Assembly (NCBI GenBank): GCA_038893995.1
Contig: JAWAQK010000062.1
Location: forward strand, 1-12,626
Reading direction: 5' to 3'
DNA: 12,626 bases
Origin: Candidatus Thorarchaeota archaeon
GTDB taxonomy: Archaea; Asgardarchaeota; Thorarchaeia; Thorarchaeales; Thorarchaeaceae
The position numbers were made by a program, and so were the translations under genes. Of this stretch, positions 1 through 7,455 are shown piece after piece (within the stretch, counting starts at the first letter, position 1; every line of letters starts with the position of its first letter). The notes under the pieces are model-generated. The model was given only the letters and a program-made list of their open reading frames with translations. It was not told the DNA's origin and made no database searches.

Positions 1-55
1 CACGACCGCCTAATGCGCTCACACAGCAGATAATCATTCCTCATACGAGGAGAAC

Positions 56-1204
56 TCAGGGAGTCCTCTCTACGATCTTGACGTTCCTCCTTGCGAGTTC
101 AGAGATTAGACTGTCCGCTTCAACCGCAGTCTCTGGTGGGATGACTCCGCGCTTGCCTATCGTACCGTCAGCGGTCATGACAGTGACGATGGACTGTGGA
201 AACGCAGTGGTTCTCATCATTGAACTCAGTCCGGTCGAATCATCGTAATAGTCAATCATCTCATATTCATAAGTCCTGGAGTGTCGGCCTTCGCGTCCAC
301 TCACAGTGACCCTCAGAAGTGTTACATCCCTCTCGAATGGTGGCAGGTTCGTCTCGAGCAGCCTCTCAAGTACGCGCCGTGGCGCGACTCGGATGCCGTC
401 GAACTCATGCGGCGTGCTGTCCATCAGACCGAGCTGTTTCATGCACAGCATCTTGTCCGCATGACCCGGGTATCTGATCGTCTTGTAGTCGAGAGACATG
501 ACTTTGCCCTGATATGTGATGGGCAGCGTGCTGGATCCGCCACTGGTGTTGAATGCCTCCAGCTCCCCGAAGGGTTCCGGAAACACTATTCTCTCGGTCT
601 CAGTCAGAGGCTCCTCATATGCAATCTTTCCACTTCTCAATACCATGCACGGCTCCACGTACTCGTTGATGAGTCCCTCCGTTGAGAAGACAATAGAGTA
701 GTTCAGTGGAGGTCTGGGTCTCTGTGGGAGTCCTCCCACTCTGATCTTGACAGAGCTGACATCGCTCAGGCGCTCGATCAGCGCACTCGCAAGCACATTG
801 GTGAGGCCCGGTGCTAGACCACAGTCAGGGATGATGGTGACCCCCCTATCGGAAGCCTCACTACTAAGTTTCAGCTGTTCCATCACGACATGGAGATTTC
901 CCCCAAGGTCTGTCAGATGGCAACCTGCCTCGATCGCAGCCTCAGTGTGAAGAAGGTTCACGCTATAGCTGACGCAGCTTGCGACTGCGTCCACCTTTGA
1001 GAACATCTCGATCAGTTGTTCCCTCTTCCTTGCATCCACCCTTACTGCAGACACGTTGGGTCCCAAAGATCTGGCGAGGCTCTCTGCACGTGAGACATCA
1101 ATGTCACCTAAGACGACATGTTCCACCTTCTCACAGCGGGACAGGTCGTATGCTACAGCACGGCCCATCAGACCGCAACCCAGTACCATGCATCTTATCG
1201 TCAT
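56..1204 (-). CDS. Saccharopine dehydrogenase-family NAD(P)-dependent oxidoreductase, L-lysine 6-dehydrogenase-like
   Basis: 382-aa ORF with an N-terminal Rossmann GxGxxG (VLGCGLMG). Family motifs present: DLGGN, PDCGLAPG, VGGLPQxPxPPLNY, FSxEGLINEY, LEAFxTSGG, YKTIRYPGH and MxRTTxFP. The exact substrate cannot be determined from sequence. Confidence 0.88.
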   Translation of the reverse strand: MTIRCMVLGCGLMGRAVAYDLSRCEKVEHVVLGDIDVSRAESLARSLGPNVSAVRVDARKREQLIEMFSKVDAVASCVSYSVNLLHTEAAIEAGCHLTDLGGNLHVVMEQLKLSSEASDRGVTIIPDCGLAPGLTNVLASALIERLSDVSSVKIRVGGLPQRPRPPLNYSIVFSTEGLINEYVEPCMVLRSGKIAYEEPLTETERIVFPEPFGELEAFNTSGGSSTLPITYQGKVMSLDYKTIRYPGHADKMLCMKQLGLMDSTPHEFDGIRVAPRRVLERLLETNLPPFERDVTLLRVTVSGREGRHSRTYEYEMIDYYDDSTGLSSMMRTTAFPQSIVTVMTADGTIGKRGVIPPETAVEADSLISELARRNVKIVERTP

Positions 1205-1401
1205 TTTCGAGAGTGACGTCGTACGTGTCCCAGATTAGAATCATTTGGTGTTTCAACGATTTGGTCCGTGTGAAGTTGATGCCGATTCTCTTCTGCAGGC
1301 CTCAAAGAGACGGACCGACGGGCTCGATAGTTCGGCTCGGACTCGGACCTGCCCATGTCAGAGTCCTGTCTCGCACATTGGGGGATCATGTTCTCATCCA
1401 T
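1201..1401 (-). CDS. Possible small hypothetical protein (66 aa), doubtful
   Basis: Its TGA overlaps the dehydrogenase ATG (ATGA at 1204-1201), as in translational coupling, and the dehydrogenase has no obvious SD of its own. There is no recognisable domain and the composition is polar and disordered. Confidence 0.2.
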   Translation of the reverse strand: MDENMIPQCARQDSDMGRSESEPNYRARRSVSLRPAEENRHQLHTDQIVETPNDSNLGHVRRHSRK

Positions 1402-1525
1402 TCTCGTGACAGTGGCCTGTTCCGGCTACTGAGACCGCCTGAACCAATAGTACGGGCCGTTTCGCACGGTCGTCCAGTTCGGGGTTAGCTCTTGACCATC
1501 GATATGCAAGCGATACTCACTGCTG

Positions 1526-1542
1526 CAAAGTGGTTCATAGGT
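1526..1542 (+). promoter_or_regulatory. Putative BRE/TATA-like promoter element upstream of tldD
   Basis: CAAAGTGGTTCATAGGT lies in the AT-richer part of the divergent gap and resembles CAAATGTTCATAAGT at 8713-8727. Confidence 0.3.
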
Positions 1543-1608
1543 AAGTCTTAAGACCAACTGATTCTCTGGTTGTTACACGCTTCAACACTTGGTTGTAGGG
1601 TGCTACTG

Positions 1609-3039
1609 ATGCTGGACGGAATGGAGATGGCTGAGTACTGCATAGAGGTTGCTCGCGAGCTTGGCGCCAAGTACGCGGAAGCAAGGTTCAACGAGCAGTA
1701 CGGAAGAGGAATTGTATACAGAAACGGGGAACCCGTCGGGGGTGGTTACAGGCCGCTCTCTGGGGTCGGTGTACGCGTCCTCGCTGACGGCGGCATGGGA
1801 TTCGCATCTTTCGACAGGATGGACAGGGAGCTTGCGAGGACTGCCATCTCGAGAGCAGTCAAGATGGCGAGGAACTCAGGGCGAAAGACCCCCATCGAAC
1901 TTGGCGAGCCCGTTTCCAACACTGGTAAGTGGTCTGTTGACATCAGGCAGAACTTACGCGACGTGAGTCTGGAACAGATCATGGAGGTCGCCAAGTCTGT
2001 AAATGAGGTAGGAAAGGACCTCGCCTCCTTCACACTCATGATGGACCTGTCTGACAACATCAAGTATCTGGTGACCACAGAGGGCACCAGGCTGGAGGGT
2101 CACCTCTCTCACGTGTTCGTGATGGTCCTGATGACGGCGAAGGGCGCTTCTGGTAGTGAGCAACGCTTCATTGACCTCACCAAGTCGGGAGGGTGGGAAC
2201 AGGTCAGTGACGGGCAACTGGTGAGCCAGGTCTCGGATGAGGCCCAGAGACTGAAGCGAGCTGCAGAGCATGCAAAGGCCCTCCCTGAGCTTCTTGACAG
2301 TCCGATCGACATGATAGTCGGACCGGAGGTGGCTGGTATAATTGCTCACGAGAACGTTGGCCACCCTTCAGAGGGGGACCGCATAATGGGACGTGAGGGT
2401 GCACAGGCGGGTGAGAGCTTCTGGAGGGATCTCAAGCTGGGCGAGTCCCGTGTAGGGTCGGAAGTCGTCAACGTATCAGATGATCCCACCCTACCGAATA
2501 CTGGGGGATTCTATCTCTACGATGACGAGGGTGTGAAGGCCCGACGGCGTCGTCTCATAAAGGACGGGATCATCAATGAGCCCCTGTTGAACCGAGACTT
2601 CGGTGTCAGGTTTGGTCTGGGCTCAAATGGTGCAGCAAGAGCTGTTTCGTACAACCGTGAGCCCATCATCAGAATGGCCAATACGTTCTTCGAGCCCGGC
2701 GATCACAGCTTCGAGGAACTCGTCGAGGATGTCAAGCTAGGCGTCTATATGCGCTCATTTGGTGAGTGGAACATTGACGACAGGCGATACCAGAGCAAGT
2801 ACACTGGTACTGAGGCCTACTTGATACGCAACGGAGAACTCACCGACATCATGGTGAAGAGGCCGGTCCTCGAGACAACGAGTGTGGGCCTACTCTCGTC
2901 CGTCGATGCGGTGAGTAAGGAGTTTGATCTCGCCTTTCCCGGGACATGTGGTAAGGGAGACCCAATGCAGGGGGTTCCCGTGTACGCAGGGGGAGGAATG
3001 GTACGATTCAGGAGTATTCGACTTGGAGGTGTTGGCTGA
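1609..3039 (+). CDS. tldD: TldD/PmbA family metalloprotease, catalytic TldD subunit
   Basis: HExxGH metal motif HENVGH (2347-2364), YDDEGV, PIIRMANT, EWNIDDRR, and C-terminal GTCGKGxPxQGVPV with the conserved Cys (2947-2949). Start moved from TTG 1570 to ATG 1609, which follows SD-like AGGGTG; ATG 1621 and 1627 are alternatives. Confidence 0.95.
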   Translation: MLDGMEMAEYCIEVARELGAKYAEARFNEQYGRGIVYRNGEPVGGGYRPLSGVGVRVLADGGMGFASFDRMDRELARTAISRAVKMARNSGRKTPIELGEPVSNTGKWSVDIRQNLRDVSLEQIMEVAKSVNEVGKDLASFTLMMDLSDNIKYLVTTEGTRLEGHLSHVFVMVLMTAKGASGSEQRFIDLTKSGGWEQVSDGQLVSQVSDEAQRLKRAAEHAKALPELLDSPIDMIVGPEVAGIIAHENVGHPSEGDRIMGREGAQAGESFWRDLKLGESRVGSEVVNVSDDPTLPNTGGFYLYDDEGVKARRRRLIKDGIINEPLLNRDFGVRFGLGSNGAARAVSYNREPIIRMANTFFEPGDHSFEELVEDVKLGVYMRSFGEWNIDDRRYQSKYTGTEAYLIRNGELTDIMVKRPVLETTSVGLLSSVDAVSKEFDLAFPGTCGKGDPMQGVPVYAGGGMVRFRSIRLGGVG

Positions 3040-4418
3040 TGGCAGACAGGGACATTGTCAAGTCTTTGGTGGATGTTGCACTGCAGAAGGCATCGGGACG
3101 AGCTGATGCAGCAATCGCGAGGGCCGTCGTGTACAGCGGAACACAGATTCGGTTCTCAGAGAACGCTATCGACATTGCGAACCAGTGGGAGGAACAGAAT
3201 CTGGACATCGCCGTGGTCGTTGACAAGAAGCGGATCGGTGTTGCCCGAGTCCCTGTGAGGGGGCCTGACGATGTCCGAAAGGCCGTCGAGCAGGTCTTGG
3301 ACTTTACTCGGAAACTCCCTGAATCTCCCCTGTTCAACGGACTTGAGGACCGGCCCAGCACCTACGGATTCAGTGATGGTACTGTCGATCCCCGTTACGA
3401 CTCTTTCATTGAAGACGCACCGGGCGTGGTGTCATCAGCCATTGACGCAGCCGTTCAATCGGGTGCCAAGAGAGTCGCAGGGGCACTGAAGTCGGAGAGG
3501 GAGCTCGTCTATATGCGGTCATCTCTAGGTCCTGAGGGCGGTTACGAACAGACGAGATACGACTTGAACATCAGGGCATTCCAGAAGGAACTGGACTACT
3601 CGGGACAGGGCCTGAGTTGTGGGACCATGCCATCTCAGGACGAGAAACTGATGATCGAGGCAGGCCGAATGGCTGGGTCATTGTCGAAGGAGTCCGTAGG
3701 TGCCGTGCAGGGGAAGCCAGGAACATACGATCTCGTGATGAGCCCCACAGTTGCTGCAAATGTGATGGCCAGCCTTCCAATGAGTGCCAATCCCTTCATG
3801 GTCCTCATTGGGCTCTCTCCACTCGGAGACAGGCTGGGGCAGAAGCTCGCCCCCGAATTCGTGACTATTGACGACAACGGTAGGCATCCACGTGGCATAG
3901 GCAGCAGACCGTTCGACTTCGAGGGAACTCCGACCCAGACCACACGTATCTTCGACAAGGGTGTGTTCAAGTCCTTCATACACAATACAAGTACTGCGAA
4001 GATGTTTGACTCAGTTTCGACTGGGAACTCGTCACTGGTGTCACTCGGTCAGGGCTCTAGCATGGTTCTTCCGGACAACACGAACGTGGTCTTCGAGAAT
4101 GGTGATCATTCTCTCGAGGAGCTACTCGAGGGAAGCAGACCAACGATCTATGTGACCTGCAACTGGTATACGAGGTGGCAGAATCACCTGACTGGGGAGT
4201 TCTCCACGATCCCCCGTGACGCAATGTTCCTGGTGGAACACGGCAAGAAGACACCCATCAAGAACATACGGCTCAGTGACAACATCCTGAGGATGTTTGC
4301 CAACATAGTCGCACTTGGAGATGACATCAGACAGGTCTTGTGGTGGGAAGTCCCCGGGCCGGTCTTTGTTCCGTCGATCAAGGTGGCAGACTGCCGCATC
4401 ACGGCTGCGACCAAGTAG
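3039..4418 (+). CDS. pmbA: TldD/PmbA family protein, non-catalytic TldE/PmbA subunit
   Basis: 459 aa. Motifs QIRFSEN, RPFDFEG, STGN, NWYTRWQN..TGEFSTIPRD and NIRLSDN; no HExxxH. TGATG overlap with the tldD stop and a strong SD GGAGGTG at 3025-3031. Confidence 0.93.
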   Translation: MADRDIVKSLVDVALQKASGRADAAIARAVVYSGTQIRFSENAIDIANQWEEQNLDIAVVVDKKRIGVARVPVRGPDDVRKAVEQVLDFTRKLPESPLFNGLEDRPSTYGFSDGTVDPRYDSFIEDAPGVVSSAIDAAVQSGAKRVAGALKSERELVYMRSSLGPEGGYEQTRYDLNIRAFQKELDYSGQGLSCGTMPSQDEKLMIEAGRMAGSLSKESVGAVQGKPGTYDLVMSPTVAANVMASLPMSANPFMVLIGLSPLGDRLGQKLAPEFVTIDDNGRHPRGIGSRPFDFEGTPTQTTRIFDKGVFKSFIHNTSTAKMFDSVSTGNSSLVSLGQGSSMVLPDNTNVVFENGDHSLEELLEGSRPTIYVTCNWYTRWQNHLTGEFSTIPRDAMFLVEHGKKTPIKNIRLSDNILRMFANIVALGDDIRQVLWWEVPGPVFVPSIKVADCRITAATK

Positions 4419-4448
4419 TCCCGCACCAGTCAACGTTCACTGCTCGAT

Positions 4449-4498
4449 GGTACCGGCGTCAACGAGGGACTATGCTCGTCTCTCGTGGTGCTGGTATC
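4449..4498 (+). other. Long stem-loop in the tldD-tldE 3' region (terminator, stability or processing element)
   Basis: Hand fold: 4449-4470 pairs with 4478-4498, giving 21 bp (5 G-U), one bulged A and a 7-nt loop TATGCTC. It lies between convergent genes. Confidence 0.6.
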
Positions 4499-4550
4499 CA
4501 CATAGATCTAGGCCGAGCTCCCAGGGTCCAGGAGAAGTTCTGACTGTGGG

Positions 4551-5264
4551 TCAGACCACGATCCTGATCTTTCCCTCACTGTAGAGCCAGGGACCTGTTT
4601 CTGAGAGCGAACCGATCATTGTCAGTCCTTCTCTCAATGCCCTATCAACGGCTGCATCTGTCGCGACAGCTATGGATGCAAGCAGGGGTATTCCCGCGTT
4701 TGTGCACTTTGAGGCTGTGACCTCCGAGATTCTCGAGCTGACAAGGAGCCCTGAGCTCCTGAGGTCAATCCCCTGCAGGACTGCGCTACCGACGGCCTTG
4801 TCGACGGCATTATGTCTTCCAATGTCCTCGGCGAACGCATATCTTGCGCCATCGAGCGAGAAGACCAGCGCAGAGTGCGTTCCTCCAGTCTGTCTGAGGG
4901 TCACCTGTTTGGCAACCATTCTATCGAGCCACGAGAGAAGAGATCCCAGACTTCTCGACGTATGTGATGGCGGTGTTGCTGAGGTAGTCTGGGATGATTG
5001 ACGGTTGTCGGTGGTGCTCGACACCCTGCAGGTATTCCCGTCGAGCTCGAACCTGACTGCGCTAATGTCGGGCCTCAGATACCCCTGACATATCAGGTGT
5101 CCCAGTGCCAGTTCCCTCTCATGCCCCGGCGAGCAACGTAGCAGGGCCACCTCCTCCGAGTCAAGTACTATGCGGAGGGTGACCTCGACTGCCAGCCGTT
5201 CTGTGACGGGAGCGGGTCCCCCTGGAAGCAGCCGGGTGATCTTCCTTGTCGTGACTAGACACAT
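4551..5264 (-). CDS. fdhD: Formate dehydrogenase accessory protein FdhD family, divergent
   Basis: 237 aa. Motifs SPGHERELALGHL (cf. TPxxxxELxxGFL), TGGTHSA, EDIGRHNAVDKAVG, SSRIS and GIPLLAS..TDAAV. SD-like GAGGA lies 8 nt upstream of the ATG. Confidence 0.9.
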   Translation of the reverse strand: MCLVTTRKITRLLPGGPAPVTERLAVEVTLRIVLDSEEVALLRCSPGHERELALGHLICQGYLRPDISAVRFELDGNTCRVSSTTDNRQSSQTTSATPPSHTSRSLGSLLSWLDRMVAKQVTLRQTGGTHSALVFSLDGARYAFAEDIGRHNAVDKAVGSAVLQGIDLRSSGLLVSSRISEVTASKCTNAGIPLLASIAVATDAAVDRALREGLTMIGSLSETGPWLYSEGKIRIVV

Positions 5265-5273
5265 GGTATTTAT

Positions 5274-5305
5274 CCTCGGAAGTGCGCGAGCACTCTCGAC
5301 CGAGG
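5274..5305. promoter_or_regulatory. Inverted repeat / hairpin overlapping the fdhD SD in the divergent fdhD-MFS gap
   Basis: CCTCGG (5274-5279) pairs with CCGAGG (5300-5305) and encloses AGTGC-GCGA-GCACT (5281-5294). Confidence 0.4.
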
Positions 5306-5369
5306 TAATTGGACGCCCTGCGTTATCACACTATCTCATTGGACTGCTCCCACATTGGGAGGCGAGATC

Positions 5370-6833
5370 TTGGCTAGCATAACGACTGGTACTCCATCGG
5401 GCAACCATGTAGTCGCCCCGGGACCGTATGCAATAGTGTTTGCAACGAGCTTTGGCGTTTTCCTCACTGCCCTCGACTCGTCGATCGTGAACGTGTCTCT
5501 CGTGACAATGGCCTCCTTCTTTGGGGTTGGAATCCAGCAGATTCAGTGGGTGGTGACATCCTACCTTGTGGTACTGACATCTGCCATGCCTCTCATGGGG
5601 AAACTTGGGGACAGGATCGGCAAGACAGGAGTGTTCCAGAACGGAATGCTGGTCTTCATCCTGGGCTCGTTCTTCTGCGCAATGTCAACCAATCTCTCTG
5701 TGCTTGTCATGGCGAGGGTCTTTCAGTCCATTGGCGGAAGCATGATGGCTGCAAACGGTCTGGCCCTCGTGACCCATTTCACGACAGTCGAGAACAGGGG
5801 ACGTGCAATGGGGCTCTCGCAGATCGTCCTTGCCGCAGCCCTCGGTCTTGGGCCTGTCATTGGTGGCATTCTCACGCAACACGTGGGGTGGCAGAGTATC
5901 TTTCTGATCAACCTACCCATCGGCCTGATCGGCTATGTCATCGTCAGGAGGATGGTCCCTCAGACAGACCAGATAGATGAGGTCCGCTTTGACATCCTGG
6001 GATTCCTGTTTCTTTTTGGCTTTCTGTTTCTCTCAGTGTACGTGGTGTCAACGCTCGACTGGACATCTCACGACTTCTCGGCGGCAGGCTCCGGCGCGCT
6101 GCTGTCAGTTGCTCTAGTGCTCCTGTTGCTATTCATCATCAGAGAGAAGAGATTTGTCTCTCCCCTGATACCCACACGGGTCGTTGGAGACCGCGGCATC
6201 GCCTCTGGACTGATATCTGCTGTGCTCTCCTACATGTGTCTCATTCCTGTTTCCTTCCTCATGCCATTCTTCCTGCAGGAGGCATTGGGCTGGAGCCAGT
6301 CTCAGACCGGTATGTTTCTCACGATTCATCCTCTGACCATATCAGTCACGGGTCCTATCGCCGGTCTTCTCTCCGAGAGGATCGATGCGAGGACGCAGAC
6401 AGTTGGAGGCCTTGCTCTGCAGCTCGTCGGCCTTGCGTCCATTGCACTCTTTCTCTCTGACATCGTTCTGGTGGCCATTGGCATAGTGGTGATGGGCTTT
6501 GGTCTCTCGACGTTCAGTGTAGCAAACGTCAATTACATCATGACTAGGTCTCCCAGAGCCTACAGAGGTGTTGTCAGTGCGCTCACCAATATCTCCAGGA
6601 CTGCGGGGTTCTCGATGGGCACAGCGCTTGCATCTTCACTCTTCGGAAGCTATCTCAGCATGCTAGGGTACGTCAGCGGCGATGTCTTGACCTATTCTCA
6701 TGCGGTCCAGCTTTCAATGATCTCCTTCTGCCTGTTGCTAGTCGTTTCGGTGTTTGTCACGATGCTACGAGTCACCAATACAATGATGGACCCTGTCCAG
6801 GTCGAGGACGGCAGTGGCTTCGCGAGCAGATGA
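5370..6833 (+). CDS. MFS transporter, DHA2 (EmrB/QacA-like, about 14 TM) drug:H+ antiporter family
   Basis: Motif D1 LDSSIVNVSL, QWVVTSY, motif A GKLGDRIG, ARVFQSIGG, RGRAMG, motif C LGPVIGGIL, GWQSIFLINLPIG and GLLSERI. Start is probably TTG 5370 (SD GGAGG at 5358-5362) rather than TTG 5355. Confidence 0.93.
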   Translation: MASITTGTPSGNHVVAPGPYAIVFATSFGVFLTALDSSIVNVSLVTMASFFGVGIQQIQWVVTSYLVVLTSAMPLMGKLGDRIGKTGVFQNGMLVFILGSFFCAMSTNLSVLVMARVFQSIGGSMMAANGLALVTHFTTVENRGRAMGLSQIVLAAALGLGPVIGGILTQHVGWQSIFLINLPIGLIGYVIVRRMVPQTDQIDEVRFDILGFLFLFGFLFLSVYVVSTLDWTSHDFSAAGSGALLSVALVLLLLFIIREKRFVSPLIPTRVVGDRGIASGLISAVLSYMCLIPVSFLMPFFLQEALGWSQSQTGMFLTIHPLTISVTGPIAGLLSERIDARTQTVGGLALQLVGLASIALFLSDIVLVAIGIVVMGFGLSTFSVANVNYIMTRSPRAYRGVVSALTNISRTAGFSMGTALASSLFGSYLSMLGYVSGDVLTYSHAVQLSMISFCLLLVVSVFVTMLRVTNTMMDPVQVEDGSGFASR

Positions 6834-6907
6834 CAAACCAGGGCTGGGTAATATCGGGAATCCGAGGATCAGTCTGCTGCGTGTGGGCAACGATGTGTGC
6901 ATGTGCT

Positions 6908-6922
6908 GGAATGCTTATTAGG
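6908..6922 (+). promoter_or_regulatory. Putative BRE/TATA-like element for the thioredoxin-like gene
   Basis: GGAATGCTTATTAGG sits about 30 nt upstream of ATG 6948, which would give a near-leaderless transcript. Confidence 0.3.
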
Positions 6923-6947
6923 TCCAGCTCTGGAGTACTGCCCAGAA

Positions 6948-7415
6948 ATGAGAATAGACTTCGATAGCATCCGAGATAGGACGAGTACAGTGAGGGAATA
7001 CGTGGACAATGCCGAGGCCGAGGCCCGCAGGATTATGCTCGAGAAGTACGCGTCCTATAGGCTCCAGTCCGAGGCCTTGTCGTCGCTCCGAACTCTCGCG
7101 TCGGATCTCACGGTCGTGGTGTTCAGCGCTGCCTGGTGCAAGGACTGCAGAGAGGCGATACCGGTCCTCCTGAGACTAGAAGAGGAGGCTGGCCTGAACA
7201 TCCGCGTATTTGGCACAATAAAGACCGCACCACTGAATCCAAACAGGCGTTGGGCGATCCCACCGTCACCTCCAGAGATGGAAGCATGGGGTGTCACCCA
7301 CATCCCCTGGATCGTCATCATTGACAAGAGCGGTGAGCAACTGGGAACAATCGTGGAACGGCCAAAGGTAAAGCAGACAATCGAGGAAGAGATTCTTCAT
7401 ATCGTCACAAAGTAG
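6948..7415 (+). CDS. Thioredoxin-like protein (CxxC, WCKDC; Thioredoxin_9-like)
   Basis: VVVFSAAWCKDC active site after a beta strand, putative cis-Pro segment THIPW, and the IIDKSGEQLGTIVERP hairpin. Start is probably ATG 6948 (MRIDF) rather than GTG 6897. Confidence 0.88.
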   Translation: MRIDFDSIRDRTSTVREYVDNAEAEARRIMLEKYASYRLQSEALSSLRTLASDLTVVVFSAAWCKDCREAIPVLLRLEEEAGLNIRVFGTIKTAPLNPNRRWAIPPSPPEMEAWGVTHIPWIVIIDKSGEQLGTIVERPKVKQTIEEEILHIVTK

Positions 7416-7455
7416 ATAACCACTGTCCAATCGAGTACCAATCGGAGGAGATCTG

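Noticed and set aside
1-55. Start or end of a neighbouring gene at the left edge
   Set aside because: Two open - strand frames (MRNDYLL.., MIICCV..) and + strand stops are all possible, and the stretch is too short to call.
979-1488. 169-aa + strand ORF
   Set aside because: Overlaps the dehydrogenase antisense, is Arg/Pro/Ser-rich and has no recognisable motif or SD.
1205-1500. RNase P, SRP, 5S rRNA, C/D-box sRNA or SECIS in the large gap
   Set aside because: No GAGGAAAGUCC-type P4 motif, no SRP helix-8 GNRA motif with AGCAG, no RUGAUGA/CUGA pair and no TGA-interrupted selenoprotein candidate.
1545-1554. Perfect 10-bp palindrome GTCTTAAGAC
   Set aside because: About a dozen 10-bp palindromes are expected by chance in 12.6 kb (4^-5 per position), and there is no second copy.
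1201-1557. TAG read-through (pyrrolysine) joining an upstream frame (..GPYYWFRRSQ*PEQ..) to the 66-aa ORF
   Set aside because: The fused product resembles nothing I recognise and overlaps the likely promoter zone. TAG ends tldE and rubredoxin at their normal family C-termini.
1201-7415. RiPP biosynthetic cluster (small ORF, TldD/E, MFS exporter, thioredoxin)
   Set aside because: No YcaO, radical SAM, lanthipeptide or other tailoring enzyme. The small ORF lacks leader/core structure and the genes are in mixed orientations.
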